Shown one piece after another: positions 21,836 through 34,800 of a DNA stretch of 64,000 nucleotides. Position 1 is the first letter of the stretch; each line of letters starts with the position of its first letter. The notes beneath the pieces were generated by a model. The model searched no databases and had not been told where the DNA came from. It saw only the letters and a program-made list of their open reading frames with translations. The position numbers and the translations under genes are program-made. The stretch is from Takakia lepidozioides (Eukaryota; Plantae; Bryophyta), in contig CM060732.1 in the NCBI GenBank assembly GCA_030704615.1, positions 42,594,001 to 42,658,000 of the forward strand, read 5' to 3'.

Positions 21836-24800
21836 TGTCGCGCACCTCACTTCGGTAAGCTCCCCTTCAAGTCATGGTTACTCGCTTTGATGCGCGCGCC
21901 CAACTCCCAACCTGGCCGTCGGGCCAACCTGGAGCTTCGGCTGCTCACCGGGACATAACGGTCCCCCTTTACTCTTCCGACAAACCCTCCACCGATTTGG
22001 GCCCAGTGGAAATTCCCTTTAGTAGATGGCAATCCGGAATAGCTCCCCACTCTTTGGTCGCTTTCCGGCTCGCTCGCTTACTCACTAGTTTTTGGTCACC
22101 AACGGGCTTGCACCGTTCTCGGGGTTACTACTCCCTATATATACTTCTGTACTGTCCCGGGGGGTTTCACAAACAACCATGCCATTTTATGGCGAACCAC
22201 CACGAAGACCCTCGATTCCCGGTGGTGAGTCGCGGTGAGTCTTGGCCCACCCACCACGGCCCCATTGGACCATGATGAGTCCCAAAACTCCCCACGACTC
22301 CCACCACGAGATCTCCACCCCATGGTGAGTCCTATGCCACCCCCACTAAGTCCCGCTAAGCTACTACCACCCCCTGTGGAGCCACCCCCACTGCAACCCG
22401 GTCCCACCTAGTGAGCGCCTCCGCCTCCTTGAGTGCCTTGGGCACTCAAGGGTGCTTCAGCCCCCCGTACCTATTGCTGCCACTGCCCCCACCACAGGGG
22501 CAGCCCTCTTGTGTCCCGACCCCCCCCCCCTCAAGGCAAAGGGCCGCGACACACACCCCTACCAACAAGGAGTCGATGTCCTCATCAACTTGTCCATTTT
22601 GTAGAAACAAACATCCAAGTTGTGGCGTCCCACATCAAGGAGTTTGTTTCCGTACCATGGCGTCCCATGGCAAAGAACCAAACCCCACACTTGACTCTAC
22701 TCTCCACTAGCTAGTTCGGCCGACTTCCTCAGTCTCGGCCAAGGTTGGAGCCTCTCAAGCTCCTCCCAGTGCACTCTTCTTTTACTTCAAGGCCAAGGAA
22801 CGATCCTCCCCGAGGATCGAATCGCCTGACTGCAACAACATTGCTTGCAATCGCTCATGATGCCGCTTTTGGCATCACCTTGCGCAAGGGTTCACCTCGA
22901 ACCCCCTTTGACTAGGAAGATAACCTTGAACCAACCGTGCGCCCCAATCACTACAATTGGGTCCGTCTTGGAATGCTGGCCTGAGGTACGGGAACACGCC
23001 GAAGCCGCACTACGACTTCGTCCCGAGGCTACACGATTATAGTACGTGAACGGAAGCACGTAGCTTCCGCGTTAGCCCGCACTACAAGACAACCCTCGGT
23101 AGCGCAGTTATAGTACGCGCACGCGCAGGTGCGCACTAGCACGTGAACTCCCAAAGAAGGCGCAAGTTTCCTTGCCCCTTGGATAGGAGTCACCCGATTT
23201 CGGCACTACGCAAACACACGATTAACCCAATTTACCTCTCCCACTTTTGTAAGCTAGCATGCATTCTACACACTAGCCAACCATACCATGCATCACCATT
23301 CCAAACAAAATAGGACGCACAACATTTGGAAACCATTTCCCTTTATAACAAATTTTGTACGATACAAGTTTTTGCAATCGGATTCCTGAGCTAGCTAAGC
23401 CGGGCTAAGCATGCATTTCCTCCCCCACGCTCCAAGGTTGATGTCCCCATCAACGTTTCTTCCGCTTTTGAGGTCGCCTTCGAAAACTACAACGCCTCGG
23501 ATGCGTTTCCCATTTATGAGGCACGCACCCAAGATGCCTCCACATGATGATAGCCCTTCCATTTGACGAGATACTCCGTTTCTCGGTTTTTGAACCTCCT
23601 CGACTTAAGTACTGCTCCACCTCGTACTCAGGTTCATTTTCATGATCCAACAGCACAGGTGGCGGACGCAACACTTGATGCCGATTCGGACGCGCTTCAT
23701 CTTTGAAGTAAGGCTTCAAAAGGGAGACGTGGAATACTGGATGCACCTTGCTGTTTGCCGGCAGCTCCAATTCATACACATCCTCATTCATAACCTTCGG
23801 GTGCGAAAGGGTCCCGCATACGGAGGTACGAACTTGGACTCACTTCCGGAGGTAGTCGGAAATTCTTGATGTTCAAGCAGACCTCCGTGCCTGCCTTAAA
23901 CTTCACTTCCCTCCGCTTCCGATTCGCCTGCCTTTCATACCGTTTCCTAGCTTTGGCAATGTTGTACTTTGCGAGCTTCAACAAACACTCGCGTTCTTCC
24001 AGTACCGCCGCTACTGCTGGTTCCTCAACGTCCTAGGCGGCCCTTGTCGGCACCAGAGGTGCTTTTCCATAGACCAATACGAAAGGGGAAACTCCCGTTG
24101 CGGAGTGTTCTGTGTTATTATAACAGAACTCTGCCGCGTCTAAGTGTTCCACCCAGTCTGATTGGTCTGCCGACACGTAATTCCGCAAAATTGCTTCACT
24201 ACGGAATTCACTCTTTCCGTTTGGCCGTCGTCGTAGGTGGAAGGCGGTGCTCATCTTCAGCCTCGTCCCATCTTCTTCCAAAGTGCCCTCCAGAATTTAC
24301 TCGTAAACTTTGGATCGCGGTCCGAGACAATATCCTTCAGGACTCCATGATGCTTTAAGACGTGGGCGAAGTAAAGTCGCCCTGTCTCCTGTGCCGTTGC
24401 CGTCTCCTTGGTGGGGATGAAATGGCCCATTTTACTGAACCTATCCACCACCACCATGATTGCATCGAATCCTTTTGACAGCGGCATAGCAGTCATGAAA
24501 TCCATCGAGACGCTTTCCCAAGTCCCTGGAATCGGCAAGGGTTGTAACAGCCCGCTTGCTTTTTGTACTCGCTCCGGTTTTGTTGGCATGTGGTGCATGT
24601 CTTGACATACTCCTCTGCCCTCCCTCAGTTTGGGCCAGAAAATACTTTCTTCAAGAGTGCCGCAGTGCGCTTGGCTCCGCCGTGGCCCGCAAGTGGGCTA
24701 TCATGGCATTCTCTCAAGAGACTATCTCTGATCCCTCCCTTCGGCACGTAGAGACGCTTTTGCTTATACCGGAGCAGTCCATTTGCAAGTGGAACTGCGA

Positions 24801-27800
24801 TTTAACCCCCATCCTCAAGTCCTGCATCACGGACTTTGCCAGCTCATCCTTCCGGCAAGTTCCGGATCTTCCTTTGGAGCGTCGTCTCGCCTTGTACACC
24901 AACAGAGCTGTTGCTTTCTACTTAAAGCATCGGCCACCACATTGTCTCGTCCCGGTTTGTACTGGATATCCACGTCGAACACCGCCAAAGTATCTTGCCA
25001 CCTAAATTGTTTTGGGGACAACTTGGGTTGCGTGGCAAAATACTTCACCGTGACATTGTCCGTGAACACCTTTACTCGGTTGGAACCAACATAGTGGGCC
25101 AAAGCTCAAGGCAATGCACCACCGCCTTCATCTCTTTTTCGTGCGTCGGCCACCGTCGCTCCACTTCATTCAGTTTCTTACTTTCGTAAGCCACTGGACG
25201 TCCATCTTGCATAAGTACACCCCAATCGCGAAGTCCGACGCATCTGTATGATCTCAAACGGACGATCGAACTCCGGGATTTTCAAGACTGGAGCTTCCGC
25301 CATCCGCTGCTTCAATTCAGCAAAAGCTTGGCCACAAAAGGTGTTCCATACCCAGACTTTGGATTTACACAGAAGGTCCGACAACGGCCCCGCGATCTTG
25401 GCGAAATTTCTCACATACTTCCGGTAATAGGAGGCGAGTCCTTGGAAGGATCGCACTCCCGGGACCGAAGTCGGAGGTTCCCAGTCCAAGATCGCCCTCA
25501 CCTTTCTGTCATCCATTTTGATCCCATCCTGTGTAATCACATGCCCAGGAACTCCACTTTTGTGACCCCGAATTCACACTTTGAAGCTTTGGCATACAGC
25601 TTCCTTCCCGCAATTTTGGAACACCCTTTTGAGGTGCTCCAGGTGCTCCTCCTTTGTTTTTGAGTACACCAAGATGTCGTCGATGTACACGATCACAAAG
25701 TCATCCAACCACTCCTGAAAAAGGCTGTTCATCAGCGTGCTAAAGGTCGCGGGTGCATTGGTCAGCCCAAAAGGCATCACCAAGAACTCATATGAACCAT
25801 ACCTTGTCTGCACGGTCTTCTCCTCATCTCCTTCCGCCACCCGAATTTGATGATAGCCGGAGCGCAAGTCGATCCGGCTGAAATACTTCGCTCCTGCCAA
25901 CCGGTCGAAAAAGGTCGTCGATCCTTGGCAAAGGGTACCGGTTTTTTAGTCACCTTATTCAGAGCCCTGTAATCGACACACATCCGCAGCGTCCCATCCT
26001 TCTTGTCTGCGAATAGCACGGGGCTCCGTAAGGTGACTTACTCGGCCGGATGTACCCTTTGACATTAGATTTGAGTTGAGTCTTCAGCTTGACCAACTCT
26101 CTGTGGCTCAACCGGTAGGGCGCCTTGGCAGGCGGTTCCGATCCCGGTATCACCTCAATCTTGCGGTCAACTCCTTTGCGCGGTGGCAAGCCGCTTGGTA
26201 AATCCTCCGGCATCACATCCTGGTATTTCTCCAAAATCCCCTTGATCCAATCTGGGCTCGGCTCCCCATCGCCTTCTCCCTTCACTTCTCTAATGTAAAG
26301 CAAAAACTGGGGCTCGTGTGCCTCCTCCACGGCCCACTCCTTGCTGACATAAGGTTTATTCGCCCTCCCACGGGTTTGGGCGTTTCGACACTCGTAAGAC
26401 CTCGCCACCATTCCCACATGGCAGTGACTACTCTCTTGCGGCCATCTATGACCGCTCCGATTTGCTCAAAAAGGTCATCCCCAAAATGAGATCCACTCCA
26501 TCGATCTCGCAGATGGTGAAGTTCTCACGTCCCTCCCAACTCCCCAGTTGAAGAGGAACATCGAATGCCAACCTTGTCGCCACTTGTGGTTCTCCTTTGG
26601 CATAACGCACCTTAATAGAGGCCCCCACGTCGCTTGTCGGGAGTCCCAACTTTTGCGCCGCCGCCGGCGTCATGAAGGAGTGCGACGCTCTTGTGTCCAC
26701 CAACAACGACACGTTAGTTCCGGATATTATCCCATTCACGAACAATAACTGACTCCCTTACGCAGGGCGCCAGTTTCCTGATACAACTCACAAGAATAGT
26801 TGTCTACCTTGCAAGTCCTGGCGGCCACCGCTTCCACCAAGCGACTGATGGTATCTTCCGACAGCTCCGTGGTTGCCCGAGTCATGTTCAATTGTCGAGG
26901 TTTCGTGAACTTCTTGGCCATGTGCCCGGGCTCCCCGCAATTGAAACACACTCCATCAAAGGTCGCCTTCTGTCCGCCACAAGCCGCTCCACCCGCTTTT
27001 CTTTTCAAAGCACCGGGTGCCGCCTTGACGTGTGAAGGCCCTCCCTTCAATTTCCACGTGCCATTGTCGCCGCGTGGTCTATCCCACTTCTTTTCCGGTC
27101 GGAAGGAGTCACCTTCCCGCCGGGTCTTCTTGTGGTTCAGCTCCGTACGGCCTTGTCTTTCACCCTAGGGACATCCGAGAAACATTCAGCCCCTCAATTG
27201 CCTCGTTCAAAGTCTTAGGTGGCTTCTCCTCCAACTTCCGCCTGGCCCATGGTACCAATCCCGCCACAAAGTTGAAGACCATTTCTGGTTCTGCCATGTC
27301 CGCGACTTCGAGCAACAGCACATTGAAAGCCTGGACATATCCCTGAATGTCATCTGTTTGCTTCAAATTCCTCATCTTGTCCCGGGCAAGCCAGGACGCG
27401 TTAAGGGGCACAAACTGTCTCTTCATCAATTCCTTGAACCCACTCCAGTTCAAGGTTTCCGGGCTTGGACCTCGGTCGTGAAGGCGTTTCTACCACCATT
27501 GTTGAGCATAGCCCCTCAAATAGGTGGGAGCCACTTCCACCTGATCCTCGTCACTCAACTTGGCCGCCCGGAAGTACTGCTCTAGCTCCAAGAGCCAGGT
27601 GTTGAGTGCCTTCCGATTTTGGACGCCCTCGAAGGTGCCAGGTTCCTTAGGCTTCACCTTAAACTTTGCCTTAGTGGAAGTGGCATTAGCCGCCTTCAAT
27701 ACGTCTTTCAACGTCCCGCCAAACTGCGCCAACAACCCTTCCCAAAAGGCTGCCGGCATGAGAGGCATCTGTTGGTTGGTCGGAGCTCTTAGGGATTCCT

Positions 27801-28725
27801 CGGGCTCCGACTCCTCAGATTCCTCCCGCTCTTGAGCGGCCTTGTTTTCGGAAACATGCATCGCTTCCTCAAACGGCCGCCTCGGTGACACGTCGCCCCC
27901 ATCGGGCTCACTAGGATCAACATCTTTCGGGCCGTTCCGCTTTCGCTTTGGCTTGCCCGACCCCATGATGAGGCCAATCTCAAGGACGATCGCGTACTGA
28001 ACACTAAGCTCTGATACCAAGTGTTGCGCACCTCACTTCGGTAAGCTCCCCTTCAAGTGATGGTTACTCGCTTTGATGCGCGCGCCCAACTCCCAACCTG
28101 GCCGTCAGGCCAACCTGGAGCTTCGGCTGCTCACCGGGACATAACGGTCCCCCTTTACTCTTCCACCGATTTGGGCCCAGTGGAAATTCCCTTTAGTAGA
28201 TGGCAATCCGGAAAAGCTCCCCACTCTTTGGTCGCTTTCCAGCTCGCTCGCTTACTCACTAGTTTTTGGTCACCAACGGGCTTGCACCGTTCTCGGGGTT
28301 ACTACTCCCTATATATACTTCTGTGACTGTCCGCGGGGGTTTCACAAACAACCATGCCATTTTATGGCGAACCACCACGAAGACCCTCGATTCCCGGTGG
28401 TGAGTCGCGGTGAGTCTTGGCCCACCCACCACGGCCCCCTTGGACCGTGATGAGTCCCAAGACTCCCCACGACTCCCACCACGAGATCTCCAACCCATGG
28501 TGAGTCCTATGCCACCCCCACTAAGTCCCGCTAAGCTACCACCACCCCTTGTGGAGCCACCCCCACCGCAACCCGGTCCACCTAGTGAGCGCCTCCGCCT
28601 CCTTGAGTGCCTTGGGCACTCAAGGGTGCTTCAGCCCCCCGTACCTATCGCTGCCACTGCCCCCACCACAGGGGCAGCCCCTCTTGTGTCCCGACCCCCT
28701 GCCCTCAAGGCAAAGGGCCGCGACA
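21836..28725 (-). mobile_element. Full-length chromovirus Ty3/Gypsy retrotransposon C1
   Basis: LTRs 21836-22551 and 28022-28725 (TG...CA); TSD CGGGG on both sides; PBS TGGTATCAGAGC (tRNA-iMet) at 28008-28019. Confidence 0.96.
23450..27966 (-). pseudogene. Gag-pol with chromodomain of C1 (frameshifted)
   Basis: YAQQWW gag, CFNCGEPGHM, LLVDT(R)ASH, YIDD, SMDF...SDRDPKF, VHPVFHVSLLK, EYEVE chromodomain start. Confidence 0.93.
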
Positions 28726-29730
28726 CGGGGGGGTCAAGCCGAAAACTGGCCGACATAAAAACCTCCCTGGATGGAAAAACGACGCCGAATTTCCATTCGG
28801 GGCCGTTCGGATGCAGTCGGCTCGGGGGGAGTGGCCGGCACCTGGCCGTCACATTACAAACCCCGGACGGAAATTCGGCACCGAATATCCAAACAGGGTT
28901 GCCCGGTTGAAGTCGCCTCAGGCGGAGAGGCCGGCACCTGTCCAACAGAGAACATCCCCCGGATGGAAATTCAGCGCCGAATTTCCATTCGGGGCCCCCC
29001 AAAGGAAGTCGTGTCAGGGGGTCTGGCCGAAAACTCACCGACATAAAAACCTCCCTGGATGGAAAAACAGCGCCGAATTTTCCATCCGGGGCCGTTCGGA
29101 TGCAGTCGGCTCGGGGGGAGTGGCCGGCACCGGGCCGTCACATTACTACCCCCGGATGGAAATTCGGCACCGAATATCCAACAGGGTCGCCCGGTTGAAG
29201 TCGCCTCGGGCGGAGAGGCCGGCACCTGTCCGACAGAGAACATCCCCCGGATGGAAATTCAGCGCCGAATTTCCATCCGGGGGCCCCCCAAAGGAAGTCG
29301 TGTCAGGGGGTCAGGCCGAAAACTGGCCGACATAAAAACCTCCCCGGATGGAAAAACGGCGCCGAATTTCCATCCGGGGCCGTTCGGATGCAGTCGGCTC
29401 GGGGGGAGTGGCCGGCACCTGGCCGTCACATTATAACCCCCGGACGGAAATTCGGCACCGAATATCCAACAGGGGCCGCCCGGTTGAAGTCGCCTCGGGC
29501 GGAGAGGCCGGCACCTGTCCGACAGAGAACATCCCCCGGATGGAAATTCGGCACCGAATTTCCATCCGGGCCCCCCAAAGGAAGTCGTGTCGGGGGGTCA
29601 GGTCGAAAACAGTCCGACATCAAAACCTCCCCGGATGGAAAAACGGCGCCGAATTTCCACCTGGGGCCGTTCGGATGCAGTTGGCTCGCGGGGAGTGGCC
29701 GGCACCTGGCCGTCACATTACAACCCAGGG
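28726..29730. repeat. ~288-bp tandem repeat array, right part
   Basis: Same unit as 21170-21835; about 3.5 units. Confidence 0.9.
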
Positions 29731-29849
29731 GAAATAAAAGAAGCAAGGAATTTCCCTCTAGTAGTCGAGAATTCCTTGAAAAACGTGTCTAAAAGTGGAC
29801 TTCAGCCACAAAACTAAAGGTTTAGTGTCTTTTTAGACCAAAAAACCAA

Positions 29850-30640
29850 GTGGCCACGCTCAGAATTACCTGCAGGATGGTAATTCGGCGCCGAATTTCC
29901 ATCCGGCCGCGATCCGAGTTACCTTCTGGATGGAAATCCGGAGCCGGATTTCCATCCGGTCGCGCTCCGAATTACCTGCATGACGGAAATTCGGCGCCAG
30001 ATTTCCATCCATCCGTGCTACGAATTACCTGCAGGATGGAAATCCGGCGCCGAATTTCCATCCATCCGGTCTCCGAATTACCTGCATGACCGAAATTCGG
30101 CGCTCCGAGTTACCTGCAGGATGCAAATTCGGCGCCGGATTTCCATCCATCCGGTCTCCGAATTACCGCATTCGGCGCTCCGAGTTACCTGCAGGATGCA
30201 ATTCGGCGCCGGATTTTGATCCGGCTGTGCTCTGACTTACCTGGCGGATGGAAATCCGGCGCCGGATTTCCATCCATCCGCTCTTCGAATTACCTGCGTG
30301 ACGGAAATTTGTCGCGCCGACTTTCCTGGCAGATGGAAATCCGGCGCCGGATTTCCATCCATCCGCTCTTCGAATTACCTGCATGACAAAAAGCCGACTT
30401 ACCTGGCGGATGGAAATCCGGCGCCGAATTTCCATCCATCCGCTCTTCGAATTACCTACATGACGGAAATTTGGCGCGCCGACTTACCTGGCGGATGGAA
30501 ATCCGGCGCCGGATTTCCATCCATCCGCTCTTCGAATTACCTGCATGACGGAAATTTGCAGCGCCGACTTACCTGGAGGATGGAAATCCGACGCCGGATT
30601 TCCATCCATCCGCGCTCCGAATTACCTCTAGGATGGAAAT
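29850..30640. repeat. Short-period repeat array with 30-bp palindrome GGATGGAAATCCGGCGCCGGATTTCCATCC
   Basis: About a dozen exact or degenerate copies interleaved with GAATTACCTGC. Confidence 0.9.
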
Positions 30641-31830
30641 TTGGGGCCTCGATGTGCATATTTCATCCGACAGGGAGGGCTTCATCCGACATTTAATTGC
30701 GTAGTTGGGCATTAAATGTCCACCGCCGTCGGTTTTGATTCGGGCTGGCGACTCAGGGATTCCGCGCTTGCTTCCTCGATACGGATTGGAAACCTGATGC
30801 TAAACTTGGATGAACTTCTATTCGAGGCATGTACGCAAAAAAACTGAGATCTTTTTTCTTTTGCTGGGACTTATGCCGCGTGAAGGACGTGGCTCTCCTG
30901 AGAGAGACCCCACATCCAGACGCGGGGTGAAGTTGAAAGCTTTGTACTATGGACGACGGCCAACCTCTCGCATGGCCAAACTTAAGCTCCAGCAGGAGAT
31001 TGCAGTGTCTTGCTCACAACCCGCGCCAACTGAAGCCGAGTACTCTCAGGCAAGCCACTTCCGCTTTCGCTTTGTTGTTTCCTTCGTTTTTTGGTTTGTT
31101 TTCGCATCTTCAGCCTGGCATCGCTGCAAGCGTATGGTTGCATCGCAAAAGCAGGAGCTGTTGAGAAGAATGATCAAGGTCAGAGTGGTTAAAAATTAAG
31201 GCAATCCATGCTGAGCTGAGAAGATTGTCTGAGCAGATGAAGTGCCTTCTAAACATTTCACCCTGTTTTCCCGTCTTATGGAATTCGTGTTCATTTGTTC
31301 ATCGTGTTTCATGTTACCGGTTGAGTGGACCTTAGAGAGTTTGCAATGCGTGTGCAAAGCCGGCAGCTGTAGAGAAGGCTGCTTGTGCATGTCATTCTTA
31401 GGCATTGGGAATTTGTTTTCATTGTTGTTCCATGACTCCGTACTTCTTTTGTTTTGTTTTCATTGTTGTTCCACGATTGTTGCGATGGTGGTTGCGGCTC
31501 GTGCGATGGTGGTTTTCATTCCGATGTTGGTTCTCACGATTTTCAGGAATGACAGAGTGACGACGAGCCCGGCACCCTGGTGGTATCATCGACAGCACCA
31601 ACTCATCGCATGTTTGGATAGCCAACTTGGGGGAGAGGGCAAACTTAACCTTTTGTTGGTGGACGGAGAACCTGCAGCGAGAGTACGACAGAATAGGCAT
31701 TGGGGAGGTTGGTGCAGGCGGCATGGCAGTGAAGGGCGTGAGGACGTGAGGACAGCAGATCCGGCAATGGAGGTGTTGATGCACATGCAGTAGGGCCCGC
31801 CCCGCAAAGAAGAAGAAGAAAGCCAAGCAC

Positions 31831-34800
31831 ATGCAATCCCCGTCGAGAGAGCCGTCACAGGCTGCGGAGGGGGGAGTGAGCAGTGCGCGCGAGGGTGTTA
31901 GTTCGCCTCAATCAAAGGTGGTCGTCCTGGAGGGCTCCCCTGCTGCTCTACCCTAGTAAGAAATAGAAAGCCCGTGAGAGGGCAAAAGAGGGCAAAAGAA
32001 CAGGCGAGACAGAAGGCTAGCTAAGGAAAGAGAAAGGCCACTGAAGAGGCCAGGGGTGCCGAAATGACAGATGCCCATGTAAGCGAGGGACGCACAGAGA
32101 CGGTGGATCCCTCCAAGACACCACAAAGAGGCAGTAACACACCGGTTACACCATCGCGGGCAAGAGCAGCCCCTGCAATTACCCATACGGTGGAGAGTGG
32201 AGGAGAGGAAAGAACACCAGAAAGAGCACGGATTGTGCAAGTTCGAGGTGAAGTCGGGGAGAGGGCAGTAGAGACGGGGAGAGTGCTCGAGGTGGTTTCG
32301 CCGGTGGCTGGCCATGTTGAGGAGGACGACAGGGAGCTTTCTGACCAGGATGACATCCTCCCGGACATCCCCAGGCCCCAAACCCGCAGCATACAGCTGG
32401 ATTTGGCGGTCCTGGTGGGCTGCCGGAGAACCCCTCTGCAACAGACGTCATGTCGGAGGCGGATATGAAGTTGGCCCTGCCAAGATGTTGGAGGCAACCC
32501 ACAACACATTGGCAGGGTGCTGGGGGCATGGTGTACCCGGCCAAGCTTCGAATTCCCCTTTGCCGCTTGGTGTCATTGCAGGTGGTGAGACCTGCCCTCC
32601 TCGGCGATTACGACAAGCTGAAATTCTCTTTCCGGGATGGATATCGAATGGGGTCTGCCGCTTTTTATGTTTCCATTGAGAACGACCACGGAGCTTCCCG
32701 TGCCCACACTTCCGATGAGGTGGACAAATGGGGTCCCCATTGGCAAAGGCAAATGAGGAGTTCGAGATCGATTGCTACTGATCCTCTTTTCCAGCACTTG
32801 TCCGGTAAGATGTTTTACGTGTGGGACGGCAATCATCGCCACCTGGCATGGATGGAGCACATAGCCGAAGCCCACCCCAACGACCTCGATTGGCATTTCG
32901 TCGTGGAGTGTGTTGTGCTGAAGGTTGCGGGGCCCAAAATTGCAGTCTTCTCAAAGCTGCAATGGCGGACATCAACTCATAAGTTACAACGCCTCTTGCT
33001 TTGGACCCAAATTTGTAAGTCATTTCATTGCGAATCCTCATATTTGTTGAAAATTCCCATTTCAGTATTGTTTGATGGAAATGTGGCATTGCAGGGTGAC
33101 TGAGAATGCCTTCATTGCCACCAACTTGTCCCATATGCTCTTCCGAGTGAAGGATGTCGGGAAGCAGGGGGTGCAAGAGTTTGCCAATTTGCTGAGTGCC
33201 GACCTCCTGCGCAAGTCGGAGGCAAAGGCAGACAGAACCCGGTATAGGCTGAGCATGGACGCCATGGTGGACTACATATTTTGGGTAAAGCTCCTGACTA
33301 TTTTGTTGAGCTAATCTGTCTCTCCTCCCCAAATAGAAGAAAAAGTGTTGAGTAGGATCTCTAATCTTATGTGCGCATTCTTTGACAGACGAAAATTCAG
33401 CAGGATTTGGCACATGCGCGGAGGTTCTACATGGAGTCAGAGGAGAAGAAACTAAACCTCCCGGCACTCGAATCGTATCTCAAAGCTGCGGAGGCAAGGG
33501 CCCGCATAAAGTACAAGTTGCGGATGGCAAAGTACGTGGCCATAGCTGATCCCGCCCTTGGTGCCGACTTTCTGGTGGAGGTGGGGAAGCACTACTCCCG
33601 CGCTCCGAAGCCCACGATGACATTGGAGAAGCTCCATCATCTAGCCACACCCTGTGTGGATGCAACAGAAAAGGTGATACATTCTTAACCAAATTGTGGT
33701 GGCAACAACTCGTTTTTGTGGTGTTTGGCGCTTACGAATATGCTGGGTGGTTGGACAGACCCGGTGGCTCCAAATCTGGAATGGTTCCCAAAGTACAAGG
33801 GACATGTGGAGCTTCCCCAAACCGACAAACTGTCTGACCCCACATTCGACATGTGGATGAACCGCATGACATGGTGGTTTCGGGTACTTCCCCCACGCTT
33901 CGTTTGGCGCTTCTTCTACTCTTGTAGGGGGTGGATTCATTGTACTTTTTCAGGAAAGCGATCTGATGGAGAATCTCCACAGGTGACGACGAATGCGCAA
34001 GAGCAGCTGGACACACAAGCACATCAGTTCAAGATGGAGATTTCTCCTGCAGCAGAGAGCCTACGCGACTATGTGACGAGGTACTTTCTGCTCTACAAAA
34101 CCGACCTATTCTTTCGGGAGATACCCCATGCCCGCCGGAGCCACGAGTTCACCGACCAGCCGAACGCGGACAAAGCAGCAATGCGCCTTCTGTACAGGTA
34201 CATAGGCGATTCCTTCCTTTCAAGTCCTTGCATTTCAGGATGTTAGAGGCCTCATGTGGCGCATGGAAATTGGTCTGTGGAAAAATGGCGCCAAATTTCC
34301 AGTTCAGGGCTCCGAAAATGGCTAAGTCCCTAGGGTGGCTGGCACCGAAAACCGAAATTCGGCACCATTTTTTCAGTTCTAGGCCCTATTACCATTCTGG
34401 GACTTAGCCATTTTCGGGCCGGACGTGGGAAAATGGCGCCGAATTTCTAGTTCAGGGCTCCGAAAATGGCTAAGTCCCTAGGGTGGCTGGCACTGAAAAC
34501 CGAAATTCGGCGCCATTTTTCCAGTTCTAGGCCCTGGCAGTTTTGGGTCTTAGCCATTTTCGGGCCAAACCTGGAAAAATGGCGCCGAATTTCCAGTTCA
34601 GGGCTCCCAAGATGGCTAAGTCTCTAGGGTGGCAGGCACCGAAAACCGAAATTCGGCGCCATTTTTCCAGGGCCCAGGTTCTGGGACTTAGCCATTTTCG
34701 GGCCGGACCTGGGAAAATGGCGCCGAATTTCCTCCCAAAATGGCTAAGTCCCTAGGGTGGCCGGCACCGAAAGTCGAAATTCGGCGCCATTTTTGCAGTT

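Noticed and set aside
21058-30696. ORFs in the GC-rich tandem arrays and chromovirus LTRs
   Set aside because: They are translations of repeats in multiple frames and strands with no protein motifs.
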